Source of the DNA: Octopus sinensis
Lineage: Eukaryota
Length of the DNA stretch: 64,000 bases
Reading direction: 5' to 3'
NCBI RefSeq assembly: GCF_006345805.1
Contig: NC_043020.1
Coordinates: 22,692,001 to 22,756,000 of the forward strand
The notes below the pieces were generated by a model. That model saw only the letters and a list, made by a program, of their open reading frames with translations. It was not told where the DNA came from and made no database searches. The position numbers were made by a program, and so were the translations under genes. Below, piece by piece: positions 45,735-60,160 of this stretch. Every line of letters starts with the position of its first letter. Position 1 is the stretch's first letter.

Positions 45735-46040
45735 GTCTGTTGCGACGACGAGGGTCCCAGCTGATACGATCAACGGAACAGCTTGCTCGTGAAATTAACG
45801 TGCAAGTGGCCGAGCACTCCACAAACACGTGTACCCTTAACGTAGTTCTCGGGGAGATTCAGCGTGACAAGGCTGGCCCTTTGAAATACAGGTACTACTC
45901 ATTTTTGCCAGCTGAGTGGACTGGAGCAATGTGAAATAAAGTGTCTTGCTCAAGGACACACTGCGCCGCCGGGAATTGAACTCACGACCTTACGATCATG
46001 AGCCGAATGCCCCTAACCACTAAGCTACGCGCTTTCACGG
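45735..46040 (-). mobile_element. SINE-E (tRNA head plus CORE-like CCTTGAGCAAGACACTT segment)
   Basis: A/B-box-like head on the minus strand. Related copies at about 55341-55590(+) and 63600-63895(-). Confidence 0.7.
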
Positions 46041-46479
46041 AGAAGCACTACAAAACAGAGACACACTACGTGGCAGTAGGATTGTACTATGCAACGCCGG
46101 TCGGCAGACTGATGCCTGAGGGTCGCACCAAGTGGCTTCTAGCGGCGGAAGCCTGAACTACAACGGGCTTGTCTCGCAGAGAACGTTTCCGGTTACATTT
46201 GGTTACCTCCCCTTATGTCCTGTGTATCACATATGAGACACAGGGCAGGCAGCGGGTTAAAACTGATTTCTTTTGAAAACAGTGTAATGCAAAAGATTTG
46301 AAAGAGAAACAAGAGAGACAAAGTGACAGTTTACCTTGGGGTAAAGAGTAAACCGTTGTTTTGTCTTTCTCTCCATTACAATCCTTTATTTCTATTTTGC
46401 ATTGTTCTGGCTTTTGAAACAAAACAGTCTTAACAATTCAAGCATACAATGGCTTCATTAAAACTGTGCTAAAGTAACG

Positions 46480-47102
46480 TGTGTATGTATGTATGTATGT
46501 ATGTATGTATGTATGTATGTATGTATGTATGTATGTATGTATGTATGTGTGTGTATGTATGTGTGTATGTATGTATGTATGTATGTATGTATGTATGTAT
46601 GTATGTGTTTGTGTATGTATATATGTATGTCTATCTGTGTTCGTGTGTGGCTGTCTGTATGCGTGTGTGTATATGTATGTGTACTCATGTATGTATAATG
46701 TGTGTGTGTATGTATGCATGAATATATATATATGTATGAATGCATGTATGTTTGTATGTATTTATGGATGTAGGTATTTATCTTTGTATGTGTTTTCGAA
46801 ATTAACAACAAAAATAATAGGCAAACACACACACACACATATACATACATACATATATACACACAAATATGCACACACACATATCTAAATATATATATAT
46901 ATTCACATATACATACATACATTGTTATTGTTTTGTCTGTTCCTTCACGAGCCACGCGTGTCTCATACATACATACATACATACATACATACATACATAC
47001 ATACATTACATACATACATACGTTACATACATACATACATACATTACATACATACATACATACATACATTATATACATACATACATTACATACATACATA
47101 CA

Positions 47103-47147
<45 letters not shown>

Positions 47148-47205
47148 TATGTATATGTATATATGTATATATGTATATATGTATACATATATATATATAC
47201 ATATA

Positions 47206-47248
<43 letters not shown>

Positions 47249-47627
47249 TACATATATACATATATACATATATATATATGTATGTATATATATATACATA
47301 TATACACGCACACACCACACACACACACATATATATATATATAGATACATGTATGTATATATATATGTATATATATATATATAATATATATATACATATA
47401 TACATATATACATATATACATATTATATATGTATGTATATATATATACATATATACGCACACACCCACACACACACACACATATATATATATATAGATAC
47501 ATGTATGTATATATATTGTATATATATATTATATATAATATATATATATATTTATATATAGAGGGCATTATACATACATGCCAAAAGGCAAGTTCTCCTT
47601 ATTAAGTAGTTGTCCTTAATTGCTAAA

Positions 47628-47695
<68 letters not shown>

Positions 47696-47760
47696 ATGTA
47701 GTATCTATATATATATGTATGTGTGTATATATATATATATATAATAATATATATATAGTT
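46480..47760. repeat. Compound (TATG)n/(CATA)n/(TA)n microsatellite tract
   Basis: Directly visible. Similar tracts continue through 43-63 kb. Confidence 0.95.
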
Positions 47761-47960
47761 AATCCAAACATGAAAACACAAAGAGAAAACACAACAACGC
47801 GAGGACGTGGAACAAATATAGTATCATTGGATGCTCAGGAAAAGAAAGAAAGAAGGAGGAGTTAACGTTTCGAGCGGAGCTCTTCGTCAGAAACATAGAA
47901 AAAGGAAAGGTCCAAGGAAGGGAAGACGGAGAAAGAAAATCGCCAACGATACACACGCGG

Positions 47961-48005
<45 letters not shown>

Positions 48006-48097
48006 GGGAGAGGTTTGTTAGTGCAAACAGGAAATATAGAACTGTATATATTTTTATTAATATTTAGCAGAAGTGACAGTGTATATATAAAAGGCAG

Positions 48098-48135
<38 letters not shown>

Positions 48136-48242
48136 TGAATGTAATTCATGCACTCCATAAATTAGCACGCATGCGCTGGCACTTGTCATGCAATGCAGGA
48201 CACTCTCGGACCTGAAGTCACTCTGTTACTTCTACTATACAT

Positions 48243-48476
48243 ATATAATCCCTCGACTATCGCGGGTGTTGTATTCCAAAACATCCACAGAAATAACTGA
48301 AATCTAAAAAAATATAAATGCCTATCGGTCACAGAAATCCACGATATACTGAGGAAACCGCGATATAAATCTACTCATATTAGCCAGAAAAATCCGTGAT
48401 GTACTGAGCGCGCATAGATGAACCGCGATGTATTGAGTGCACGATAGGTGAACCATGGTATGGTGAGGAATTACTG
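48243..48476. mobile_element. Tc1/mariner-pogo-type MITE
   Basis: TAATCCCTCG..CGCGG and GAGGAATTACTG|TA degenerate TIRs. Confidence 0.55.
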
Positions 48477-48494
48477 TATATATATATATATATA

Positions 48495-48531
<37 letters not shown>

Positions 48532-48547
48532 ATAATGGTGGGGTATA

Positions 48548-48580
<33 letters not shown>

Positions 48581-48657
48581 ATATATTTATATATTATATA
48601 TATATATATATGGATATATGTATGCATGTATGTATATATATATATAATATATATATA

Positions 48658-48689
<32 letters not shown>

Positions 48690-48815
48690 CAAAATTAAGG
48701 ACTGACAACTAAAACTGGACGGTCGCTATTTTCCACGAAGAATGTGTTCTCAAGAAAAACGTCTATATCTAGCATATTGACCGTCCACTTTTAGTGGTCA
48801 GTCCTTTAAATTTTG
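48690..48815. mobile_element. Small MITE, ~37-bp TIRs, TA flanks
   Basis: CAAAATTAAGGACTGAC..GGACGGTC versus GACCGTCC..GTCAGTCCTTTAAATTTTG. Confidence 0.7.
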
Positions 48816-48908
48816 TATGTAAAAAATATTTAATCTTTGGATTTTTTTTTAATATGCTAGGCCACTGGTTTTAATTGATTAATATCAATTTCTACCCTTA
48901 TCAATTTA

Positions 48909-48974
<66 letters not shown>

Positions 48975-49329
48975 TTTCTCTGTTTGTTATTTTCGTTGTT
49001 CGAAAAAATGTTCGTTTCTATGGTTTTGTTTTTATGTTTTGTTTCTGTGTTCAACGTTTTTTTGATGTCCTGTACCATATATGCATGTATATATACAGAT
49101 ATATGTAGGTATGTACTTATATGTATGCACATATGCATATATTTATATATTATTTATATTATTATATGATCGAACGCCACGCATCCATTTCCAAGTAAGT
49201 ATATATATATATATATATATATACTAGCAGTAAAACCCGACTTTCCCCAAGATTAAGTTAGGATTATTAAGCTAATCAAGTTGTTTATTTCAAACCAAAC
49301 TAAGTAACATCGTTGAAATTGGTTTATAT

Positions 49330-49363
<34 letters not shown>

Positions 49364-50394
49364 GGGCAACACACACACACCATGCACACACGTACTTACG
49401 TACACCTATTGCATATATGTTTTTTGTACGCATACATGTTGGTGTGTGTGTGTTTGTGTGTTTGTGTTGCTCGTATATCAACAAAACAGTTTTTTCCTCG
49501 ATGGAAAATAAACAACAAAAGTCTTAACAAAAACTCAACAAAAACTATGCATAGATACATACATACATGCATGCATGGATACATACATACATAATACATA
49601 CAAACATACATACATACATACATACATACATACATACATACATACATACAAACAAACAAAAATATCCTGTTGTTGATGTTGAAATTCCAGTGAAGGAGCC
49701 TTGCATCCAGGTTAGAAACCGGTTCTTTCTTCATTGGCAACAAATCTTGGAATAAAACTGAATGATGACATATATATATATGTGTGTGTGTGCAAATATA
49801 TATATACACACATTCATAGATGCATAATTCATAGATACATAATTCATACATACATACATACATACATACACACATACATACTACATACATACATACATAC
49901 ATACATACATACATACACGTATGCAGGTGTGTGTGTATATATTATGTACGTACGTATGTAAGCAAGTCCAGCAAGCTGTTATCGGCGCCCTGGTTGACTC
50001 GTGTTAAGAAGCAGCAATATACAAAACCCATATAATGTTTCGTATCGATCTGTAAAGCTTTCCTAAGCGTATAAATAGGGCCGACTGTTGTGTTTGGATG
50101 CCATATGGCTGTGACGTTTTTAACTCTGAGCGCAAATTATAAGCTGCGACGTAAAAGTTTTACGTCTCTCTCTTCGATTCTTGCTGAGATAGGTTTCAGC
50201 ACAATGTCGCTATTCATTGCTGGGAGATAATTACAGAATTACTCTCAAATCACTGACACTGAAGAACGCACACACACACACGCACATCCACAACAGACAC
50301 ACATACGCAAACTTGAGTATAGATACATGAATATATAATGCATGCTTGCTCTTGTAGCTATGGTACACACACACCACACACACACACACAACAC

Positions 50395-50457
<63 letters not shown>

Positions 50458-50706
50458 TAAAATAAAATATGCATATATATATACATATATGTACGTAACT
50501 ACCTATGCATTGATAACACCGATATATGAGTACAGGACACCAAAAAAACGTCGAACACAATGAGAAACGAAAACATAGACACAAACCCAAGGAACTGGAC
50601 ATTTTTTTAACAACAAAAAAAAAATATATAGAATACAGGACAATAAACACAAAGAAAAAACCCCTTCTTCAGTCGCCATGGTTTCATCTACTCTACGTTT
50701 CGAAGG

Positions 50707-50784
<78 letters not shown>

Positions 50785-50787
<3 letters not shown>

Positions 50788-50897
50788 GAAGAAATGAGGT
50801 ACTCAGAAGATCGGATGGTTTATATTTACAGATATTTATTGTATATTACATTTTTTATATAAACCATCCGATCATCTGAGTACCTCATTTCTTCTAA
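50785..50897. repeat. 113-bp hairpin / MITE, ~41-bp arms
   Basis: TTAGAAGAAATGAGGTACTCAGAAGATCGGATGGTTTATAT inverted with 1 mismatch. Confidence 0.8.
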
Positions 50898-50974
50898 TAT
50901 ATAATACCTGTACATCATCTCCAAACCTTCCAATATATATATTATATATATTATATCTTATATATCTTATATCT

Positions 50975-51008
<34 letters not shown>

Positions 51009-51267
51009 TGTATGTATGTATGTATGTATGTATGTATGTATGTATGTATGTATGTATGTATGTGTGTGTGGTGTGTGTGTGTACATACACACACATACAT
51101 GCACACGCACACGCACACGCACACGCACACACGTGTATGTGTATTTTTGTATGCACACACATTTATATGAATAAATATATTTGCGCATGTGCATACATAT
51201 ACGCGCGCGTATACATGCATACAAACACACACACACAGACACACACACACATCCACACACACACACA

Positions 51268-51312
<45 letters not shown>

Positions 51313-51576
51313 ATATATATATACACGCACACACATATAGTTATGTCGCATGGTTCACTGTTTATAAAAAACTCAGTCAAATTAGGATGAAAAATTGTAT
51401 CTGCTACATGTGAATATTAATTTGTTCCATCAGAAAGCAACGAGTTCAGCAAAATACTTGTTGCTTCTTGAAAGTTCCAAGTGGCGAGTTTGATAGTTAT
51501 TGAGAAATTTGCTTTGGTATGAAACCAATCGTTTCCTTGGTAACCTACAAATAAAGAATATCTATCCAGCAATGAA

Positions 51577-51810
51577 GTGGATGAATATTCCCGTGGTTGG
51601 GAATCGCTTGCCTCTGACCGCGGCGCCTGGCATCCAGCTGTCCAAAACGGTGTTAGGCTGTTCGAGGAGAAGCGCCTCAAGAGCCTGGGCCAGAAGCGAC
51701 AAGCCCGAAAAGAGAGGATCCCCAACCCTACTTCTGCTGTTACGTGTCCAACATGTGGCCGCGTCAGCGCGTCTGCTTTTGGGTTACACTCCCACCTCCG
51801 GCGTCACTGA
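51577..51810 (+). mobile_element. RTE-clade LINE 3' end with terminal C2H2 finger
   Basis: WESLASDRGAW...RQARKER...CPTCGRVSASAFGLHSHLRRH*. Confidence 0.8.
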
Positions 51811-52899
51811 CGTCATTGCCGAACCCCCGACAGACTTCCATTATTTCGATATAAGCATGTCTGTATATTTGGATCTTAGGGCGACATGCCGTGCTTGAGG
51901 AGACCTATTGAGTCAAGTACATCGACATCAAATGAAATCAAATGGAAATTATAGTTGCCGTCCCCGTGCCGTTGGCACGTAAATAGTACCCACTACACTC
52001 TCGGAGTGGTTGGCGTTAGGAAGGGCATCCAGCTGCAGAAACATTCCCAGATCAGACTGGAGTCTGGTGCAGCCTCCTGGCTTTCCAGACACCCTGTCGA
52101 ACCGTCCAACCCATGCGAGCATGGAAAACACGGTCATTATACGATGATGATTATATATATACACTTACTTGGAAAAGGATGCGTGGCGTTCGATCATATA
52201 ATATATAAATATATGCATATATGCATACATATATGTACATACCTACATATATATGTATATATACATGCACATAAGAGTACAGGACATCAAAAGAAAGTTG
52301 AAGACAGTGAGAAACGAAAACATAAAAACAAAAACATAGAAATCGAACTTTTTTTCGAACAACGAAAAAAAACAGAGATACAAGACATACAACATAAAGA
52401 ATATTCCCCTTCATCAGTTGTCCCTGCTTCATCTACTCCGCTTTTTCGAAGGCAAGGACGATACGCGACTTCGTTGAAACAGTCCTTCCCGCAAAGCAAA
52501 TTAAATAAAATTTGGGATTTTTTGCGGAGGGTGAAAGTGGTAACAAGAACAGGACTGTGAGAAGAAAACTGTAAAAACAAACAGTGAGGGCTGTTAAGTC
52601 AAGACGATAGAAAAATTATTATGAACGGTAGGAAGACGAGCTTATAAAGGAGGCAGTACAAGCACGTAAGATTATGCGGGATAAGTATCATAAGAACAAA
52701 GACAGCAACAACAACAACAAAAATAACAAGAATAAACCATGCTAAGGTGAGACCCTGTACATGGTCTCTTGATCTAAAGATAGCTGCTTAATCTCCCTCA
52801 TACTGTTTAATAAGGTTTTATGAATGATTGAGGGAGATATTAAGTAAGGTATTCTTAGGTCACCCCTGAACACACAGAATGATTGCAAATGTAAAAGCA

Positions 52900-52937
52900 C
52901 CAACACCAGCACCAGCACCACCAGCAGCAGCAGCACT

Positions 52938-52968
<31 letters not shown>

Positions 52969-53290
52969 CCACCACCACCACCACCACCACCACCACCACT
53001 ACCACCACCACCAAGACCACAACCACAATCACCAACACGACCACCGCTGCGGCTGCCGTCACTACCGCCACCACCGCCACCACCTCCACCACCACCACCA
53101 CCACCAACAACAACAACAGCAGCGTGGAGGCGAAATGGCCCAATGGTCAGGGCAGCGGACTCGCGGTCGGAGGATCGCGGTTTCGATCCCCAGACCGGAC
53201 TGCCACCACCACCACCACCACCACCACTAACAACAACAACAACAACAACAACAACAGCAGCAGCAGCAAGCAGCAACAGTAACAATAACT
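52900..53290. repeat. CAC/CAG/AAC trinucleotide tract with an embedded SINE-D head (53123-53200)
   Basis: Directly visible. The head shows TGGCCCAATGG and GGTTTCGATCCC boxes. Confidence 0.85.
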
Positions 53291-53927
53291 CTTAATTTTC
53301 TATTTGCTAATTAGCAAAATATGGACGTGTATGACTTCTCTCCACACACTCTCTCTCTGTTCCTAGTGCGAACGATTGAATGTTCCGACTAATTGGAGAG
53401 GAGATTGGAGGCGTTATGTTCTGGCGATTGACAAAGAAATGTCATTTTCGAAAATAACTTTTGTTTGATTCCTTTCAATGATTGTTTTGTTGAAGAATTC
53501 TTTCTGATTATTTTTGTCTTCTTCTTTCTTTCTCGTTTCAGAATTCAGCTGTTAACAATTGTCTTTGACGCTAAATCACATTGAGTGACCAAACGTTATA
53601 GACAAAAGGAGAAAACAAATGAACGTTGTTAGCTAGCTACCACAATACACTACACACTGTCTCTTTTCTTTTGTGTGTATATATGTGTGTGTGTGTGTGT
53701 TGTGTGTGTGTGTGTGTGTGTGTGTGTCTTGTGTGTGTATGTGTGTATGTGTGTATGTGAGTGTGTCTTGTGTGTCTTGCGTGTGTGTGAGTGTGTGTGC
53801 GCGCACAAACAAACATATATATCTACAAATGTATGTTTATTATTGTTTGTCTTCATTTATCTGATATATATGTGTATATACATACATATACATAATACAT
53901 ACATACATATATACATATATACATATA

Positions 53928-53986
<59 letters not shown>

Positions 53987-54314
53987 TATATATATACATA
54001 CCACATACATACATACCACATACATACATACCACATACATACATACACACACATATAAATACACACATATATATATTATATATATTACATACCACATACA
54101 TACATACCACATACATACATACCACATACATACATACACACACATATAAATACACACATATATACATAATACATACACACATATATATATATATATTATA
54201 TATATACATACATACATTATATATATATATATATACATATTTATATATGTATATACATGATATATATATATATTTATATACATATGTATGTATATATATA
54301 TACATACATAATAT

Positions 54315-54371
<57 letters not shown>

Positions 54372-54454
54372 TATATGAGGCTTTTACATGCCGAAATCTA
54401 CTTGGTGAAATTAATGATTATTCCAAATTAATTAATTTCCCCCTATATTATTAT

Positions 54455-54499
<45 letters not shown>

Positions 54500-54606
54500 C
54501 ATAACATATATATATATATATGTATACATATGTATGTATATATATATATATATATAATATATATATTATACGTTATATGTAGATACACTCACATATATAC
54601 GTTATA

Positions 54607-54646
<40 letters not shown>

Positions 54647-54833
54647 ATAAACTCAAATAAAATAAAATAAATTAGATATTTACTTTATTCTATTTTATTG
54701 TATTTTTTTTAATGTTTCATTCCACTTCATTTCCCTGGAATATCTGAAGACTTTATATAAATAAACTAAAGAATAATTCCTTCATTTCTTCTAACATTTT
54801 ATTATTATTAGAATTATATAATTATTATTATTA

Positions 54834-54877
<44 letters not shown>

Positions 54878-54880
<3 letters not shown>

Positions 54881-55286
54881 TAGTAGTTTTATTTTTTATA
54901 GCGTGCTTTCACTTCACTACCGAGCGCAGCTGTGTGCCTTGGGTATGTGCTGTGATTTGTTGTGATGCTCTGATGTAGTATGGAAAGTGTTCTGCGTAGG
55001 ATGTGTGCAGTTCCTAGTAGTGCAATTTTCTGTATGTTATATGTGTTTGTAAGTCCTGGGGTTTTTGTTATGTATTTGTCTGAATATTTTTTTATCATGC
55101 CTAATGCACCTACTATGATAGGAATTGTTTCTGTTTTCAGATTTCACATTCTAGTTACCTCTATTTCCAGGTCTTTGTATTTTGAGAGTTTCTCCATTTC
55201 TTTTAGAGACACGTTGTCATCTGCCGGTATTGATACATCAATTAGAAAGTATTTTTTTTCTTCATGATCTCTGACAACTATATCTG

Positions 55287-55287
<1 letters not shown>
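54878..55287 (-). mobile_element. R4/Dong-like (restriction-like endonuclease) LINE 3' fragment embedded in (TAA)n
   Basis: PDIVVRD...LIDVSIP.D....KEMEKLSKYKDL...IVGALGMIKK...IQKIALLGTAHILRRTL, with TAA repeats on both sides. Confidence 0.7.
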
Positions 55288-55340
<53 letters not shown>

Positions 55341-55749
55341 GTGAAGACGCATGGCTCAGAGGTTAGAGCGTAGAGGATACGATCGTGAGGTTGTGAGTTC
55401 GATTCCCGGACCGGGCTGCGTGTTGTGTTCTTGAGCAAGACACTTTATTTCACGTTTCTCCAGTTAACCCAGCTGTAGAAATGAGTTGCGACATCACTGG
55501 TGCCAAGCTGTATCGGCTCCTTTGCCTTTCCCTTGGATAATATCAGTGGTAGGGAGAGGGGAAGCTGGCATGCATGGTCTCCCACTCAGCAATTATTATT
55601 ATTATTATTATTGTTGTATATACACACATATATTATCAGCTTCAGATCAAAGCTGTGGCCATACTACGGCACCACCGTTTTCCTACACTGTTATTATTGA
55701 GAGCCTCTTTGATATGTGGAATTTGCTGAATAAGGGAGTTTGATATCGT

Positions 55750-56375
55750 TACCCTCATTTAAGCTTTCTGCCGTGGGGTGAGTTCATCTGGGACTCTCGA
55801 CAGGAAGTGATCCAGTTTTGGTTTGAAAACATCTACATCCACTCTGTGTTGGTCTCTCAGGCTCTTTGGACGAATATTATAAAGCTGTGGGTCCTTGAAA
55901 CTCAGGCTGTTGCAATAACTGGTCCTGAAGCGCGACGGTTTCGATGGGATCTCTGGCACTGTGCAAGGGCGACCCGCTCTGGCATTTATGTAGCTTTCAA
56001 TGCCAAAATTTGGCACTACCCTTCCAGGATCTTCCAGATGTATATTACTGCATCTCTCTCCCACCTTCATTCCCGCATTCATTCATTTCCCAGTAGCTGA
56101 GCTGTGGCAATGAAACGATCATCTTCGCTGGATTGCTTCAAGGCCCGCTATTAATTTTATACTGTGGCCATAGTTGAAAGCAATAGTCAAGGCGGCTGAA
56201 TGTCTTCCACAGGACCATCATGGTTTCCTTCTCTCCGGTTCTGAAGGATCTCAGGCTCTTGCCAGCCAGCCAACCACCTGCACTTTCTCACCATTTTGGT
56301 AATGTGCACTTGGAAAGAGGTATCATCATTCATGTCCATACTGAGGTCCCGCACTGATTTTGGTTCTGTGATTGT
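55750..56375 (-). mobile_element. CR1-group LINE 3' fragment, degenerate
   Basis: SVRDL..MNDD..F..HI, NSLSFK.PQLYN..PKSLRD and FK.KLDHFLSRVPDE peptides. Confidence 0.65.
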
Positions 56376-56426
56376 ATATGCGCATATATACATACACACA
56401 CAACACACATATACATCTCTCTCTGT

Positions 56427-56467
<41 letters not shown>

Positions 56468-56471
<4 letters not shown>

Positions 56472-56669
56472 TATATATTATCGACGACTGCGTAGGTGCC
56501 ACCTCCTTTCCCGTGAACTTCTCTGCCAATTCATCTCTTTCCTTTCAACTTTCACCCCTCCCTTCAATTCACCTCCACCATCTCCAACACCTCTGTCAAC
56601 TTCCTTGACATCTCTCTCCGCATCGATCACCCCTCCAGATCTCTCACCACCACCGCCTTTTTTAAACCT
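56468..56669 (+). mobile_element. Penelope-like RT fragment cut by the assembly gap
   Basis: Frameshifted IDDCVGAT..SRELL.QFISF...PSLQFTSTISNTSVNFLDISL...TTT.F.KP. Confidence 0.7.
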
Positions 56670-56769
56670 NNNNNNNNNNNNNNNNNNNNNNNNNNNNNNN
56701 NNNNNNNNNNNNNNNNNNNNNNNNNNNNNNNNNNNNNNNNNNNNNNNNNNNNNNNNNNNNNNNNNNNNN
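56670..56769. other. Assembly gap (100 N)
   Basis: Run of N. Confidence 1.
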
Positions 56770-56892
56770 TCAGCCACTAAGGGACATGCTCAACTGGTTA
56801 AGGTCAAACAACTGACAAGCAAAATCTGTGGTATTTATTATTATTATTATTATTGTTATTATTATTATTATTATTATTTATTATTATTATTA

Positions 56893-56947
<55 letters not shown>

Positions 56948-57184
56948 CTATTCACAATTACTGCTATTTTCATCCCAATCTTCCGCATCTCTATTATTAG
57001 ATTTAGATGGGCGTGGGACGGCAGGGAGGTGGGACAGGGTGTGGTAGGATGTGTGAAGAGTCAGAATGAAGTAAGCTTGCAGCAATATTGACTTAACTTC
57101 CTTGATATTTTGGGTTCAAATCTCACTGGGTGCACTGCTTTACCTCATCTATATTATCACTTACATTTGTATGTGTGTGTCTTA

Positions 57185-57520
57185 TCTTTTATCTTTTCCT
57201 TGTTTCAGTCATTAGACTGTGGCCATGCTGGGGCACCACCTCGAAGAATTTATTATAGTCGAATTAATCAATGCCAGTAATTCTATCGGTCTCTTTTGCC
57301 AAACCGCTAGGTTACGAAGGCAGAAACACACCAACACTGGTTGTCAAGTAGTGACGGGAGATAAACACAGACACAAAGACACACACACATACATATAAAC
57401 AGTGGGCTTCTTTCAGTTTCCATCTACCAAATACACTCACAAGGCTTTGGTTGGCCCGAGGTTATAGTAGAAGACACTCGCCCAAGGTGCCACGCAGTGG
57501 GACTGAACCCGGAACCAGTT
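57185..57520 (-). mobile_element. SINE-A (decayed)
   Basis: Reverse-complement match. A further 3' part lies at about 58690-58855(+). Confidence 0.75.
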
Positions 57521-57582
57521 ACAGGCCATTTCATCAGGCAACTGTCTTGAAATATCACAATAGCAATTGTGGTATCCTCCTT

Positions 57583-57615
<33 letters not shown>

Positions 57616-57733
57616 TTTAAAAGCATTAATATACATTCACACACACACACACACTATTTACTATCTAAATTAAAGCATATGGTGGCTTAGATTAAAGAAG
57701 TGTTATATTTCTTACATAAACTTAATTGATTGA

Positions 57734-57775
<42 letters not shown>

Positions 57776-58561
57776 ATGTCTGTGTGTGAAGGCATGCTGG
57801 AGTGTTATATAATCTTGATTACTCCTAATGAGATGGGTGAGAGACGGACAGACGGACAGATACACAGACAGACAGGCAGGAAGGCTACAGAGTGGCACAG
57901 AGAGATATATATACAAGTGGGTATGAAAGAGAAGGATACAATAATTAATAGAATATTACATAATATATATATATATGTGTGTATATATATATGTATATCA
58001 TCATCATCATCATCATCATCATCATTTATGATGATGATGATATATATATATACATATATATATATATGCACATATATATATATATATATATGTAACAAAA
58101 GTATGTAACAAAAATTGGTAAAATTGAACTCAATCTCTGCTAAAGCAATCATTCACTGTTTTCTTTTTAAGTTCAGATTAGCATTTTGTAACTTCAATTC
58201 CATTTCCTGGAGGAATTCTCTTGGAACTCTTTAAAGTCTTCACCCGACCAGACTACAATATCAGAACTCCTAACCTTTCACAATGAAACCCCACATATAC
58301 ATACATATATATCCATATAATACATACGAGCATAATCCTCATTTGCATACAATGGGTGTAGCCAGATTTCAAATGAAGCAATGGGTGAAGACCCCACTAT
58401 TTTAAAGGTATTCATGCTTTGTTGCCTAATCTGGTTTCATATGTATTATATTATATATGATTATATATGCATACATACCACAAGGCGAGATGGTGGTTGT
58501 GGTGGTGGTGGTGGTGAGGTCATCCAGAAGCGTCAGTCCTTGCCTTGACTATGTGTGTGTG

Positions 58562-58622
<61 letters not shown>

Positions 58623-58884
58623 ATATATATATATGTATATGTACATATGTAAATATATGTCACCCATGCCAACATGGAAAACAGATGATATGTGTAGTAT
58701 GTATGTATATGTCCCCGTTACTTAGCGGTTCGGCAAAAGAGACCAATAGAATAAGTACTGGGGCTACAAAGAATAAGTCCCGGGGTCGATTTGCTCGACT
58801 AAAGGTGGTGCTCCAGCATGGCCGCAGTCAAATGACTGAAACAAGTAAAAGAGAATATATATATATATAATATATATTCGCATT

Positions 58885-58963
<79 letters not shown>

Positions 58964-59070
58964 AGTTCGTTAGTTATTAGTTAGTTAATTTGGCTCAAAA
59001 GCAAATAGCAAGGCCATGTAGGGGGACATGGAGTTAAGTACAGGGTTGTGTTCATGTAAAGAGTTCAGGC

Positions 59071-59117
<47 letters not shown>

Positions 59118-59178
59118 AAGTGAGGGAGAGAGAGAGATAGATAGATAGCAAGAAAGAAAGATAGATAGATACATTATA

Positions 59179-59216
<38 letters not shown>

Positions 59217-59243
59217 TCATCATCTGATAATATATATATAATG

Positions 59244-59275
<32 letters not shown>

Positions 59276-59739
59276 ATATATATTCATGTTTTATGAATAT
59301 GTGTCTCTGTGTGTGTATACATAAATATGTGTTGTGTGTGTATATATATATATATATACATATACAAATATATGTGAACATACTTACATACACATATATT
59401 TGCATACATATATACATGTATTTATATGCATAATGTAACTACATACATGTTTGTATACACACATACAAATACATATGCGTGTATACATGTATGTATGTAT
59501 ATATGTATATCTGTGCAGGGTGTGTATATATGTACATTATGGGTTTGGTAGAATTTCACTTGACATCTCATTTCTCCGCTAACATTTACACTTAAGTCAG
59601 GGCACCAGCACGCCCCCCCCCCCACCCCCACATGGCCCACACCCCAACCCCCTACCAAATAACATTACACAACTCCCCCCTCCCCAGCAACTCCCTTTTA
59701 CTCCTTTCTAATAAACAAGAGTCAACAACAATAACAACA

Positions 59740-59766
59740 ACAACAATTATGATAATAATAATAATG

Positions 59767-59812
<46 letters not shown>

Positions 59813-60025
59813 TAATAATAATAATGATGATGATGATGATGATAATAATAATAATAATAATAATAATGATAATAATAATAATAATAATAATAAAAAATAA
59901 TAATGATAATAATGATATGAATAATAATAAATAATATAATAATAACAATAATTAATAATAATAATAAAATAATAATATAATAAAATAATAATTAATAATA
60001 ATAAATAATATAATACTAATAATGA

Positions 60026-60061
<36 letters not shown>

Positions 60062-60115
60062 CAATAATAATAATAAAAAAAATAATAATAATAATAATAA
60101 TAATTAATAATAATG

Positions 60116-60159
<44 letters not shown>

Positions 60160-60160
60160 G
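59740..60160. repeat. (AAT)n/(GAT)n microsatellite
   Basis: Directly visible. Confidence 0.95.

Noticed and set aside
47845-47900. CUGACGA...GAAA hammerhead-like core on the minus strand (CTGACGAAGAGCTCCGCTCGAAACGTTAAC)
   Set aside because: Stem II is plausible, but the sequences that should form stem I are both pyrimidine-rich and cannot pair, and stem III is mismatched. At most a decayed motif.
53123-53200. tRNA-like sequence (also the heads at about 16650-16722, 22730-22808, 45960-46040 and 55341-55420)
   Set aside because: A/B boxes are present, but the same head continues into a SINE body in other copies and no complete acceptor stem is evident. Treated as SINE heads; tRNAscan-SE would settle it.
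52742-53295. Pro/Ala/Gly/Val-rich ORFs resembling formin or extensin
   Set aside because: Produced by CAC/CAG/AAC triplet repeats with an embedded SINE head. Open on both strands.
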